Below, one piece after another: positions 51,519 to 61,942 of a stretch of 64,000 bases of DNA. This DNA is from Trueperaceae bacterium. Its GTDB lineage: Bacteria; Deinococcota; Deinococci; Deinococcales; Trueperaceae. Made by a program: the position numbers and the translations under genes. The notes beneath the pieces were generated by a model. That model was not told where the DNA came from. It saw only the letters and a program-made list of their open reading frames with translations, and ran no database searches. Position 1 is the first letter of the stretch, and every line of letters begins with the position of its first letter. Location of the stretch: contig OZ243956.1 of NCBI GenBank assembly GCA_965214405.1, positions 1,472,001 through 1,536,000 of the forward strand, read 5' to 3'.

Positions 51519-52268
51519 TCAAGCTGCGGCGCGGCGCGTGACCCCGTCCCAAAGAAGTTCGGCCACATGTTTGACGCGCACCCTTTCCATCCCGTCGCCC
51601 TCGCGGTGAAAGGCACCCTTGAGCTGCATCAAGCAGCCGCCGTCGGTCGAGGTGAGCGTCCGCGCGCCCGTGTCGCGGATGCCCGCGAATTTGGCCCTCG
51701 CCATCGCCGTGCTGATGTCGGGCATCTTGACGCTGAAAAGCCCGCCGAAGCCGCAGCACACGTCGTGCCCGTCTGCTTCAATAAGCTCGGCGCCCGCGGC
51801 CCTCAGCAGCGTGCGCGGCGCTTCCTTAACGCCGAGCAAGCGCATCGCGTGGCACGAGTCGTGGTAGGTCACGCGCTCGTTTGACAAGTCCGCGCCGACG
51901 TCGTCTCGTCCTAGGACTTCGGTGATAAAGGTGGTGAGTTCAAAGGTGCGTTCTGAGAGGTCTCGAGCCTCCCCATACTGCTTCGGCATCGTCTCAAAAA
52001 GGTCCGGATAATGGTGAACCATCCCGCCGCACGAGCCCGAGGGCAGCACGACGTAGTCGTAGCCCGCGAAAACCTCCAGATGATGCCCCGCAATCTCCTG
52101 CGCCTCCTTGTGGTAGCCCGCGTTGTAGGCGGGCTGACCGCAGCAGGTCTGCCGCTCAGGGAAATGAACGGTGACGCCCAGGTGTCTGAGCAGTCCCACC
52201 GACGCCACGGCGACGTCGGGAAAGAGTTGGTCGGCCAAACAGGTCGCAAAAAGGGCTACGCGCACCAC
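51519..52268 (-). CDS. lutA: Lactate utilization protein A (CCG domains)
   Basis: QTCCGQPAYNAG, YHDSCH, CCGFGGLFSVK. Confidence 0.9.
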   Translation of the reverse strand: MVRVALFATCLADQLFPDVAVASVGLLRHLGVTVHFPERQTCCGQPAYNAGYHKEAQEIAGHHLEVFAGYDYVVLPSGSCGGMVHHYPDLFETMPKQYGEARDLSERTFELTTFITEVLGRDDVGADLSNERVTYHDSCHAMRLLGVKEAPRTLLRAAGAELIEADGHDVCCGFGGLFSVKMPDISTAMARAKFAGIRDTGARTLTSTDGGCLMQLKGAFHREGDGMERVRVKHVAELLWDGVTRRAAA

Positions 52269-52413
52269 AAACCGCCTTTCGGTAGGAGCATTATAGCGGG
52301 TTGAGGCTCGAGGTGTGTGGGTGCCCAGGGTTCATTCACATCAAAGGTTTCTGCGCTTTAACCGTCATCCGTTCAGCCAAGCACAGCTTTGAGAGTAAAC
52401 TCGGAAGTCCCTT

Positions 52414-52848
52414 TCAAGAGTCAACATCAAGAACCGCCAGGGTGCAGCGCGAGGTGCAAACGAGCTTTCCCTCCTCGTCACGTATCTCGATACCCCAAAC
52501 CTGCGTTTTCCGGCCCCGGTGGACGGGCGTGGCGACGGCGGTCAAAACGCCGTCCCGCACCGAGCGGAGGTGGTTGGCGTTGATTTCTAAGCCCACCGCC
52601 CGCTGACGTTCCATGTCCAAATTCACCGTCGCCCCGATGCTCGCCACCGTCTCGGCGAGCACCACCGACGCGCCGCCGTGGAGGATGCCGAAGGGTTGAT
52701 GGACGCGCGGCGTCACGGGCATGGTGGCCGTGACGCGCTCGGGGGCGGCTTCGGTCACGGTAATCTCGAGGGTTTCTAAAAGCGTATCTTTGGGCGTGTC
52801 GAGAAAGCTGTCGGGAAAACCTTTGGGAGAATCTTTAGAGAGGGCCAT
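52414..52848 (-). CDS. Hotdog-fold thioesterase (PaaI/MenI-like)
   Basis: HQPFGILHGGASVVLAET, GLEINANH; start moved to ATG 52848. Confidence 0.9.
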   Translation of the reverse strand: MALSKDSPKGFPDSFLDTPKDTLLETLEITVTEAAPERVTATMPVTPRVHQPFGILHGGASVVLAETVASIGATVNLDMERQRAVGLEINANHLRSVRDGVLTAVATPVHRGRKTQVWGIEIRDEEGKLVCTSRCTLAVLDVDS

Positions 52849-52982
52849 GCAGAAGCATACCCAAAACGCAAACTTGCTATACTGACGCGCTGGCGGGAGG
52901 TGACATGACCGCCTTACATCGTGGCGCTCAACTGTACGAACAACTGTGCGAATGTACACAGGGCGCGTGTAAGGGACCTTCT

Positions 52983-53879
52983 GTGCAGAATCCTATCAAA
53001 AATCATCCTGCTATCTCTTACGTCCTGCTGACGCTGCTACCCACGGGCGTCTGTGCGCTCCTTTTACACCTTGCCGGAACGAGCGCGGGGGTGGCGGCAG
53101 GCACCGACCTACCCCTCAGCGTTATTTTCCTCGTCGGCGCGCTCTTTACAAGCGGCACCTACGCTTTAGGGAAAGCCGTCAGGGAGCAGAGCGGAAACTT
53201 ACCGAGCGTCGTCATTCTTGCGGTGGCGCTCAACTTTGCTTTGAATTACGGGCTAATTCGGGGAATGGACGCTTCTCCGACGTTCATCCTTGCACTCTTG
53301 ACGGCGATGATTCTAGGCGCGGTTTACCCACGCCTTTTCGGACGCCGCGCGCCCATGCTCGCCTCGATGACGGTTTACGTCGTTTGCACGCTATTAGCAA
53401 ACTTTACTTTCGACTCCTTTTTGCGCCTGCCGGGCTACGGTCTCTTATCAGTCGGCACGCTTTTTTTCGGCGTTACCTTTACGCAGCGTGACCGGGTCCA
53501 CGGCTACGGGCGAGGAAACGTCTACAGGATGATTCTCGCGGCGGCGGGGCTCAACCTCCTCTTGTCGGCGTCCTTGGGCATCCCGCTGCGCTTTCTCATG
53601 GCGGGCTTTCTCGCCATCATCGTGGCTGAAGCGGCGGATACGGAGGTGTATGGGCGGCTGCTCCAACGTTCGTGGCCGCTGCGGGTGGTGGCCTCCAACG
53701 CGGTGAGTATCCCGCTGGACTCGAGCATCTTTACGCTTCTAGCGTTCGCCGGGAACCCCGCCTTTCCGCCCGCCGTCCTCCTGCAAATCATCTTCGCCGA
53801 CATCCTCGCCAAAACCGTCGTCGGGCTCCTCGCGGCGGTGCGCCTCTGGCGACCCCAACGCCTCGTGATGGAGAGCTGA
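52983..53879 (+). CDS. VUT-family (queuosine-precursor-type) transporter with extra N-terminal TM region
   Basis: GTLFFGVTFTQRDRVH, EAADTEVY, SNAVSIPLDSSIF; probable GTG start at 52983 behind AAGGGA. Confidence 0.8.
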   Translation: MQNPIKNHPAISYVLLTLLPTGVCALLLHLAGTSAGVAAGTDLPLSVIFLVGALFTSGTYALGKAVREQSGNLPSVVILAVALNFALNYGLIRGMDASPTFILALLTAMILGAVYPRLFGRRAPMLASMTVYVVCTLLANFTFDSFLRLPGYGLLSVGTLFFGVTFTQRDRVHGYGRGNVYRMILAAAGLNLLLSASLGIPLRFLMAGFLAIIVAEAADTEVYGRLLQRSWPLRVVASNAVSIPLDSSIFTLLAFAGNPAFPPAVLLQIIFADILAKTVVGLLAAVRLWRPQRLVMES

Positions 53880-53886
53880 TAGAAGG

Positions 53887-55215
53887 CTAAAACGTCTCGA
53901 CCGCCCGCGCGACGGAAAGCACCAGCGCCTCTTCAAAGGGTCGCGCGGCAATCATAAAGCCAATCGACAAGCCCTCGGGCGTGGTCGCGCAGGGAACGCT
54001 CACGGCGGGTACGCCCAGAAAGTTAAATATCATCGTGTTGCGTAAGCAGAGGCTGTTGAGCTTGAAGTAAGCCTCATCTTCCGCAAGGTCAGCCATCTTG
54101 GGCGGCAGCACGGCCACGGTGGGCGCGAGCACGGCGTCGAAGGGGGCGTAGCGCTCCCAAAAGGTCTGCTGGATGCGTGTGCGTTCAAACCCTAAGCGGA
54201 TGTAGTCGGTGGCCCCTCTCCCCCGGTTTCGCAAGATGCGTGTAGACACGCGCGGGTCGACGCGGTCGCCGCTGCGTTCCAGCATCTCCTCGTAGAGCGC
54301 CAGCGACTCCAAGCCCGCGAAGGTGCCGTAACGGGCGTAAGCCTCGAGGATGTCGTTGAGGAGGGGCAGCTCGAGCGGTTCCACAGTCGCGCCCTCGGCC
54401 TCGAGCCGCGCACAGGTCTTTTCAAAGGCGTGGGCGACGGGGGGCTCGAGGCCTTCCTGAAGCAAAGTAACGGGCGCGAGCAGGCGCAACCCCGCCACCG
54501 GGCGCGGCTTAAAGGGCGCGTGTGGCGCGCCCAGAAGCCCCCGCAGGAGGTGCCAGGCGTCTTCGACGGTCTTGGTGGTAGGCCCCAGGGTATCGAGCGT
54601 GGTCGAGAGCGGCACGCAGCCGTCGGTGGGAATCAGGCCGTCGGTGGTCTTGAGACCTACCAGACCGTTAAACGCCGCCGGAATCCGCACCGAGCCGCCC
54701 GTGTCCGACCCCACCGCCGCGCAGGCCAGCCCCGAGGCCACCGCCACCGCCGAGCCCGACGACGAGCCGCCGGGAATCCGCGTGGCGTCGAGCGCGTTTC
54801 CCGGCGTACCGAAGTGCGGGTTGATGCCGAGCCCCGAAAAGGCGAGTTCGGTCATGTTTGTTTTGCCCAAAAATACCGCGCTCGCCGCGTCTAACCTGGC
54901 GGCAGCGGGGCAGTCGTCCGCGGCGGGAGGCGCGTCAGCAAACACCTTGGAGCCCGCCGCGCTCACGTCGCCGCGGGTGTCCATGAGGTCCTTGAGCGCC
55001 AGCGGAACGCCCTGAAGCGGCCCCAAATCGAGCCCCGCCCGGAAGTGCGCGTCGGCACGCCGCGCCTGGACTCTCGCCCGTTCAAGGGTCAGGAGGCGGT
55101 AAACGGGGCCAGGCTGCAGACGCGCCACATACGCCTCGACCACGTCCACCGCGCTTAAGTGCCCCGCCCGGTAGGCTGCGGCAAGTTGCGTGAGAGACAA
55201 GTCAGAAGGGTTCAT
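53887..55215 (-). CDS. Amidase signature family protein
   Basis: ALKDL, GKTNMTELAF, GGSSSGSA, GSDTGGSVRIPAA; start moved to ATG 55215. Confidence 0.92.
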   Translation of the reverse strand: MNPSDLSLTQLAAAYRAGHLSAVDVVEAYVARLQPGPVYRLLTLERARVQARRADAHFRAGLDLGPLQGVPLALKDLMDTRGDVSAAGSKVFADAPPAADDCPAAARLDAASAVFLGKTNMTELAFSGLGINPHFGTPGNALDATRIPGGSSSGSAVAVASGLACAAVGSDTGGSVRIPAAFNGLVGLKTTDGLIPTDGCVPLSTTLDTLGPTTKTVEDAWHLLRGLLGAPHAPFKPRPVAGLRLLAPVTLLQEGLEPPVAHAFEKTCARLEAEGATVEPLELPLLNDILEAYARYGTFAGLESLALYEEMLERSGDRVDPRVSTRILRNRGRGATDYIRLGFERTRIQQTFWERYAPFDAVLAPTVAVLPPKMADLAEDEAYFKLNSLCLRNTMIFNFLGVPAVSVPCATTPEGLSIGFMIAARPFEEALVLSVARAVETF

Positions 55216-55584
55216 GCTCACGAGTATAAGGGACAGGTGGAAGCTTCCTGCGACGGTTGGAACAAGCGCGAGCTTGGGCGAAACCGGCGATTTGCTCACA
55301 AAAGCGCGCTAAACCATTACGGGAGAACGTGAAAACCGCCAAATGTGACGTGCAGAACCCACGCGGTGTGACAACTGCGCTCGTGAAAGCCGGAACGCGC
55401 CTCTAAGATAAAAGTATTGAGAGGGCGATAACTGCCCCCTGAGCACCGCCCCCCAAGCACCGCCCCCTAAGCGACGTCGGCGTATGCATTCTCGCGCCGG
55501 TTATGTTCTTCAGGCGCAGCCAAGAGGCTCCGCAAGCACTGCTTTTTACAACCGGCTACATCAACACCGAAAGGACCTCTCACC

Positions 55585-56835
55585 TTGGGCAAACGTGGCA
55601 GAAATAAAGCGGGGTACTACCGGATGCTCCTCCACCTGCTCGAGCTCCAGTACGCCCTCGAGCGCCGCGCGCGGGGCGACGCTCCCGCGCGCTGGCGGCC
55701 CTCGCCGCGCAACCGGCCCGACCAGTTCTTGCGGTGGGTGCTCTCGAGCCTTCCGCCGCACGGGGCGGCTCCCGTCACCTTGAATCCCGTCACCTTGAAT
55801 AATGTGTGCGTACGTCTCGAGCGGGAAAGGCTGCCCCACGTGGCCGCTCTTTTAGCCCACGTTGCGGGTGAGTGCGCGTCCGCTGGAAAAGCCACGGAAG
55901 AGGTTTTGAGTAGCCTCTCACAACATACGCCGGAGACCGAAGCGCACCCGCAGGCGCGCAAGTTTTCGGGCACGCTCTCCCGCTCCTTGGACGCGGCTTG
56001 GTTGGGAGCGCTTACAAAAACTGAGGCGCACGCCGCCTCACAGGGATGGCCCGCGTGCGCCACGCTGTTGGGCGGGCTCCCGCCGGGCTTCGGCACGCTT
56101 TACACGCTCCTCCACGCTGGTTTTGGCGCCGCCGACCCCATCGACACGCCCGCGGAACTCTCCGTTTTCCAATTCTACGGCCTCGCCACGGGCACGCTCC
56201 CCCCGCCGCCCGCGCCCTACGCGTGCGCTTTGGGGGCGCTGAGCTCTCTCACCTCAAAAGACGTCACGCTGCTGGGCAGCCTCAGCGCGGCGCAGGCGCG
56301 GCAACTCAGAAAGCTCGAGCCCAGGCTGCTCTTTGCGCGTAGCAGCGCGCTATGCACCAAAGATGCGCTTCACACCTCAGAGGGTTGCGAGCTCTCACCC
56401 AGCTCCGCGACGTGCGAGCGGCAGGTCGCCTCGACCTCAGATGAGTCTTTGGAGGCTCCCCTGGACGCGCCTCTGGACGCGCCCCTAGACGAGGAGCTGC
56501 GGCGGATGATTGCGCGCAAGGAGGTAACCGGGACGCTCGTCAAAGCGTTGCGGGGCGGTGACGAGGCGCTGTGGAGCGCGGCTCGAGCGTTACTCAACGA
56601 GGCCCCCTGGGCGACGCTCTACCTCGAAGACAGGCGCAGCTTACAAGAGCTCTTTAACGGACGAACCGCCGCCAAACTCAACCTCCGGGATGTGTTTCCC
56701 CGGACGGTCGCGTGGTTGGACGAGAAGCTAAAGGCGCGTATCGACGGCGCACTTTACCAAGAAACCGGCGGCGTAGCGCCTGCCGCACACGCCTACTCGT
56801 GCCACGTCCGGAAGCTCCTGCTAAACGCACGGTAG
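55585..56835 (+). CDS. Hypothetical protein (about 416 aa; start uncertain)
   Basis: Long uninterrupted ORF filling the gap; no motif recognised. Confidence 0.55.
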   Translation: MGKRGRNKAGYYRMLLHLLELQYALERRARGDAPARWRPSPRNRPDQFLRWVLSSLPPHGAAPVTLNPVTLNNVCVRLERERLPHVAALLAHVAGECASAGKATEEVLSSLSQHTPETEAHPQARKFSGTLSRSLDAAWLGALTKTEAHAASQGWPACATLLGGLPPGFGTLYTLLHAGFGAADPIDTPAELSVFQFYGLATGTLPPPPAPYACALGALSSLTSKDVTLLGSLSAAQARQLRKLEPRLLFARSSALCTKDALHTSEGCELSPSSATCERQVASTSDESLEAPLDAPLDAPLDEELRRMIARKEVTGTLVKALRGGDEALWSAARALLNEAPWATLYLEDRRSLQELFNGRTAAKLNLRDVFPRTVAWLDEKLKARIDGALYQETGGVAPAAHAYSCHVRKLLLNAR

Positions 56836-57028
56836 CCTCAGACGACGAACTCAGGTATGGACTCCGGTTTCAGGGTGGAGAATAACCAAGACTAGCAACC
56901 AAGTGTGCTCTTTTCCCCGCGCGCGCGGCGAGGCTGGGGTACACTAAACGCAACGTGGCGGTACCGGTCGCTCCGACTACACAACCACTACAGCAACCCC
57001 GACACTCTGAAATTATACAGGAGTACAC

Positions 57029-58597
57029 ATGGACAATCAGGAACCCTCCTTAAAGGACGTTTTTTATATTATCAGGCGCGGCCTGGTGCTCGCCCTGGTG
57101 GTCGCCGCGCTCATGGCGGTCGCCGCCTATTTTGTGAGTGAGCGGCTCGAGCCCACCTACAGCACGCGCGCCGAGCTGATTGCCTCGCAGTCCAATCCCG
57201 ATTTGGGCCGCTTCGACATTTCCTTGACCACCGCGCCACCCATCGACTTTGACCTTTATGAAAATATCGCGCTTAGCAACTCCGTGCTCGCCGACGCGGC
57301 GCAGCAACTGGGTGGCGAAAGCGCGCTCGAGGGTATTGACTTTAACGTCAACGTCGACGACCGCCGCATCTCGAGCCTTGTTTACGTCAGAGCCGAGGGG
57401 TCCGACCCCACCGCCATCGCGGGCGCGGCCAACGCCTTGGCGCAAGCGCTGCTCTCCTGGGATAGGCGCCGCTCAGAACAGAGCAACAGTCAGGTTGTAT
57501 CTATTATTGAAGAGCGGATAGCTGGCTACGATCAGCAAATTGAGGAACTCGAAGCGTCGCTCGGCCCAGCTACCCAAGAGCAGTACAACGAGCTCGTGGC
57601 TATTAGAGACGAACAGCGTACGCGGCTTAGCGAAGCCAGAGCGCAGCAGAGCACGTCGACCAAAGGTCGATTGGAAATTCTCGATCCGGCCCCCATTCCG
57701 ACCGAACCCATCGCGCCCGACCCCGTACGCAACGCTGTGCTGGCGTTTGTGCTAGGCGTTTTCTTGAGCTACGGTCTGCTGCTCCTCCGCGACGCCCTCG
57801 ACTCGCGCCTCAAGAGCAGCGAGGATCTGGCAAAACTTACCGGCCTGCCCATCCTGGCCGAATTCCAAAAGCAGCCCCCCGGCACGCGCCGCCTGCCCCG
57901 AGAGGCCGCCAACTATCTCAGGACCAACCTGCTGCTCTCCTCGGTGGAAACGGGCACCAAAATCATCCTCGTGACCAGCGCGACCCCCGGCGAGGGCAAG
58001 TCGAGCGTGGCCTTGAGTGTCGCCGAGTCTTTCGCGCGTAGTGACCGCCGCACGCTTCTCGTCGACGCGGACCTGCGCCGCCCGGTCATCGCCCAAAACT
58101 ATGATTTGGACGAGATACACCATAAACCTTTGCGCGCCTATCTAGAGCAGCCCAACGAAACTTTTGAACCCGCCTACGTGGCGCTCAACCTCACGCACCA
58201 TCTCGACGTCATCCCCACCTTTCAGGCGGAGCCCTCGCCGACCGAGCTGCTGAGTCGCAGCTTTCGGCAGCGTTTAGACGCGTGGCGGAATGCTTACGAC
58301 GTGATCATCATCGACTCCGCGCCCCTCTTGAGCGTCGCGGACACGCTCACCATCGCGCCCCTTTGTACCGGCGTCATCCTGACCGCCAATTTACAGAGTT
58401 CGGATCGCCGGGGCGTCCGCGCGGCGGTTGACCTGTTGCGGCGCATCGGCGTCCGGCTCTTGGGCATCGCCGTGACCGGCGGCTCCCGCACCTTAGCGGG
58501 CGCAGGCGACTATACCTACACCGACGCGGAGCTCGAGCCCGACTTCCCCAGAGAACTTTCGCGCAGGGGCCGCAGAGGGGATAAAGAGCGGGCCTGA
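57029..58597 (+). CDS. Polysaccharide co-polymerase / BY-kinase fusion (Wzc-like)
   Basis: Two TM segments flanking a coiled coil; TSATPGEGKS, LVDADLRRP, IIIDSAP. Confidence 0.9.
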   Translation: MDNQEPSLKDVFYIIRRGLVLALVVAALMAVAAYFVSERLEPTYSTRAELIASQSNPDLGRFDISLTTAPPIDFDLYENIALSNSVLADAAQQLGGESALEGIDFNVNVDDRRISSLVYVRAEGSDPTAIAGAANALAQALLSWDRRRSEQSNSQVVSIIEERIAGYDQQIEELEASLGPATQEQYNELVAIRDEQRTRLSEARAQQSTSTKGRLEILDPAPIPTEPIAPDPVRNAVLAFVLGVFLSYGLLLLRDALDSRLKSSEDLAKLTGLPILAEFQKQPPGTRRLPREAANYLRTNLLLSSVETGTKIILVTSATPGEGKSSVALSVAESFARSDRRTLLVDADLRRPVIAQNYDLDEIHHKPLRAYLEQPNETFEPAYVALNLTHHLDVIPTFQAEPSPTELLSRSFRQRLDAWRNAYDVIIIDSAPLLSVADTLTIAPLCTGVILTANLQSSDRRGVRAAVDLLRRIGVRLLGIAVTGGSRTLAGAGDYTYTDAELEPDFPRELSRRGRRGDKERA

Positions 58598-58656
58598 AGC
58601 TTACGACCACCATACGACCCCCAAGTGTTAAACCGAAACAGACCCCAAAATAGACC

Positions 58657-58685
58657 AAGGCGTCCTTCACAAAAGGACGCCTTTT
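58657..58685 (+). terminator. Intrinsic terminator
   Basis: AAGGCGTCCTT-cacaa-AAGGACGCCTT followed by a T-rich tail. Confidence 0.8.
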
Positions 58686-59476
58686 ATATGTTTTTTACTT
58701 GCAGAAACACATAGCAGGTATCATCTGATTTGAGACACACTTACCACACAAAGCACTGTCTGGCACGCAGTTTCGGTGACGATGTCTGCGTTCATTCGTC
58801 TCAGTATGTTACAGAACTGCTAACAGTAGAATAACTCCTGAAATTTTTGCAGCGGCGTTCCTACCGCTCGAGAGTGCCGTGGTCTAAACATAAGTAGTTG
58901 TGCGCGCCGTAAAAAGCGCAAGGTACCTCAAACAAAAAAATTACGCGCCCTCACCTCAGTATTGATTCACCGGACGCGGTGAAATCCCGGGCTGACCGTA
59001 GAGATGCTAAAGCGTTTTTTCGGCCAGCCGTGCATACCGGAATTCCAAAAAGCCTTGGGCCGTTCATGCAAGTGTAAAGCTCGAGCATCATCTGGCAGCG
59101 TGAAACCGAAGTACGCTTCCGTGTCGGCAAGCTCTTCGGTTAGCGAACGGAAGTAACGGTGCGGCTATGACCCTGTTGGCTTCCCCGTCCCGTCGTCAGG
59201 CAGCCTTACAAGCGTGTGAGCACCTCCGGAGCTCACTACGCCCAGGCGTTCCCGTTGGTGGACGCACTTTAGCAACATACCTACCCAAGTGGGAGTGGTG
59301 GAAGATTCTCTAACGACATAACGCGTCAGCCCCTCCATAGGTTCTTTCAGAATCTCCACAATCTTTCTTTGTGGCGAATTCTTTGCCCTCACCCTTCAGC
59401 GAACGCTAGCGTCAACCAAAAAAGTGCTGAGAACTCAGCCTCAGCACTTGCGCTACTTCAACTGGGTTAAAGGTAG

Positions 59477-60943
59477 TTAGTACGCGCCTCTTCCAAACAG
59501 CACAGCCCAGGGCGTGCGCGCGATGAGGTAAAGGTCTAGCCAGAGCGACCAGTTGCGGATGTAGTAACTGTCGAGCCTTTCTTGCACCTCTAAGTCGCCC
59601 TCGCTGCGCGACGACACCTGCCACATCCCCGTCAAACCCGGCACCACCTGGCAGCGCAACGCGCGAAACTCTTCGCTGAAGGGCTCTAGGTGATAGTAAG
59701 GAAAAGGCCGCGGCCCGACGATACTCATGTCGCCTTTAAGGATGTTCCACACCTGCGGAAGCTCGTCTAGACTCGTTTTACGTAGCGCCGCGCCGACGCC
59801 CGGCAGGATGCGCGGGTCGTTCTTGAGCTTGTAAAAGCGTTCCCACTCGCTTCTCGCTTCTGGATGCGTCTGCAAGTGCGTTTCTAAGAGAGCGTCCGCG
59901 TTCGCGTGCATCGTCCTAAGTTTCCAGACCCTGATCTTTTTGCCGCCGTACCCCTCACGCTCCTGAGCGTAAAAAGGATTACCCGGACTCACCGCCCTAA
60001 TCCACAGCGCCGCCACGGCGACGATAGGAAGCGCGAGGAGCGCCAGGGGCAAGATGAGAAGCACATCCAGGCAGCGCTTTAACAGGCGGTTATGCGGCAA
60101 GAGCAGGTTCTGGCGCACCTGCAACCCGATCACGCCCGCCAAGTCTCTCACCGACAGCCCCAAACTCGGGAGACCGAAAAGGTCCGGCACGACGATGAGG
60201 TAGGGGAAAACGCCTGCGTAACGCTGCAAAAGGCGACCCAACGCCCCCGGCTCGACGCTCGGCATGGCGACCAGCAGGTGGCGGACGCCGAACGTTTTCG
60301 CCAGTTCGGGCGCCCTCGAGAGTGAATGAATCACCGGGACGCCGTGAACGCTGTCGCCCTTGCCGGTGTCGTCATCCAAACACGCCAGCACCTTGAACCC
60401 CAGCCCCGGATTGTCTAGGAGGCGGCCTATAAGCACGTTGCTGGTGTTACCCGCCCCAAAAACGAGGACGGGCAGCCCCCACCACGCCTGCTTAGAGAAG
60501 AGTTCGCGCGTGGCGGCGCGCCCCAAGGGCAGCAGCAGGAGCGACAAAAGCCATGACGAAAGAAAAATGCCGCGCGACTGCATTTCTAAATCTTCGGCCA
60601 AAAAGAGCACCACGATGGCACCCAGATAGACGGCGGTAGACACGACGGAAAGGCGCCTGAGCTCCTCCACCGGTCCTAAACCCACTCCCGGGTAGAGTCC
60701 CGCCAGGGCGTAACCCAGCGCGAACAGGCACAGCGTCGGCCACAGCCCGAAAAAGAGCGCGAGATTGACCTCGGGGTTGATAAGCACCCAGACTTGCGCG
60801 GCCACGCCTGCCGATATGAACAGCGCCAGAAGGTCGGTGATGAGCAGCGTGAGGGTGGTCAGCCGCGGTTTGGGAGAGGACGACACGCGCCGCAAGGATT
60901 CGTCGCGCGCCGAGGAACGAGCCGGATAGACACCAAGTTTCAT
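59477..60943 (-). CDS. Priming undecaprenyl-phosphate sugar phosphotransferase (WbaP-like)
   Basis: [50 protein letters not shown]. Confidence 0.92.
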   Translation of the reverse strand: MKLGVYPARSSARDESLRRVSSSPKPRLTTLTLLITDLLALFISAGVAAQVWVLINPEVNLALFFGLWPTLCLFALGYALAGLYPGVGLGPVEELRRLSVVSTAVYLGAIVVLFLAEDLEMQSRGIFLSSWLLSLLLLPLGRAATRELFSKQAWWGLPVLVFGAGNTSNVLIGRLLDNPGLGFKVLACLDDDTGKGDSVHGVPVIHSLSRAPELAKTFGVRHLLVAMPSVEPGALGRLLQRYAGVFPYLIVVPDLFGLPSLGLSVRDLAGVIGLQVRQNLLLPHNRLLKRCLDVLLILPLALLALPIVAVAALWIRAVSPGNPFYAQEREGYGGKKIRVWKLRTMHANADALLETHLQTHPEARSEWERFYKLKNDPRILPGVGAALRKTSLDELPQVWNILKGDMSIVGPRPFPYYHLEPFSEEFRALRCQVVPGLTGMWQVSSRSEGDLEVQERLDSYYIRNWSLWLDLYLIARTPWAVLFGRGAY

Positions 60944-61078
60944 GCGTCTCCTTTACGCGGCGCGGAGGCGCGCACCCCGAAGTTAGGGAGGTTGGCGAGA
61001 CAGCTCCACCACAGAACGTTCCGGCGCCCCTTTCGGTGCCGCGCAGGGTAGGTCATGCGGGTAACCTCTGCATCAGTC

Positions 61079-61942
61079 TCAACCGTACAGCACTTCGGCC
61101 TTGGGCGCCTCCGTATTGGTCACTTCAGGACGCCACAGCCCGAGCCACTGGAGCGTGAACAGCGTGACGAACTGCGTGTTAAGAATTAGGTAACGTTTCC
61201 ACAGGCGGCGCGGATCTTGGAGCAACCGGTAGAACCACTGGAGCCCCGAGCGCTGCATCCACGCGGGCGGTTCCTCGAGCAGCCCCGCGTGATAGTCAAA
61301 CGCGGCTCCCACGGCGATGACGGGCGTACGGAGCGCGTCTTTATATTCGTAAGCGAACACCTCTTGCCGCGGACACCCGAGCCCCACAAAGACGATTTGC
61401 GCGCCCGAGTCGCGGATGCGCTGGGCAATTTCATCCTTTTCCTGCGGGGTCGTCTGGCGGAACTTCGAGGGTTCGGAGCCAGCCACCTTGAAACCGGGGA
61501 AGCGCACCCCTAAGTTCTGCGTAAGCTTTTCCAACACCTCCGGGCGCGAGCCGTAAAAGTAGACGGGGACCCCCCGCGCCGCAGCCTCTTCGCACACTTT
61601 AAGCGTGAGCGTGGGGCCGTAGACGCGGTCGTCGAGTCCTGCGCCGTGGAGAAGGTTGAGACCCCAGCGCACGGGCTGGCCGTCCGAGGTCACCAGGTCA
61701 AACTCGTTGAGGCGGTGGCGGTGTTCGGCGTCCCCCACCCCCGTCATCACCCCGTGAACCGCCAAGGCCGTGACGGACAGACCGCGCCCCGCTTCGGCGG
61801 CGCTCATGATGCGCGCCACCGCCGCCTGGTAGGTGGTGGCGTCGATAAGCACACCCAAAAGGTTGAATTTACCCTCTTTTACACGGTTCTCTTTTACACG
61901 GTTTTCTTTCACTCTGTTCTCGTTCACTCTGTTCTCGTTCAC
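61079..61942 (-). CDS. WecB/TagA/CpsF-family glycosyltransferase
   Basis: [46 protein letters not shown] start coupled to the upstream TGA. Confidence 0.9.
   Translation of the reverse strand: MNENRVNENRVKENRVKENRVKEGKFNLLGVLIDATTYQAAVARIMSAAEAGRGLSVTALAVHGVMTGVGDAEHRHRLNEFDLVTSDGQPVRWGLNLLHGAGLDDRVYGPTLTLKVCEEAAARGVPVYFYGSRPEVLEKLTQNLGVRFPGFKVAGSEPSKFRQTTPQEKDEIAQRIRDSGAQIVFVGLGCPRQEVFAYEYKDALRTPVIAVGAAFDYHAGLLEEPPAWMQRSGLQWFYRLLQDPRRLWKRYLILNTQFVTLFTLQWLGLWRPEVTNTEAPKAEVLYG
61877..61942 (-). repeat. 15-bp tandem repeat encoding (V-N/K-E-N-R)x4
   Basis: [23 protein letters not shown] at the start of the glycosyltransferase. Confidence 0.85.
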
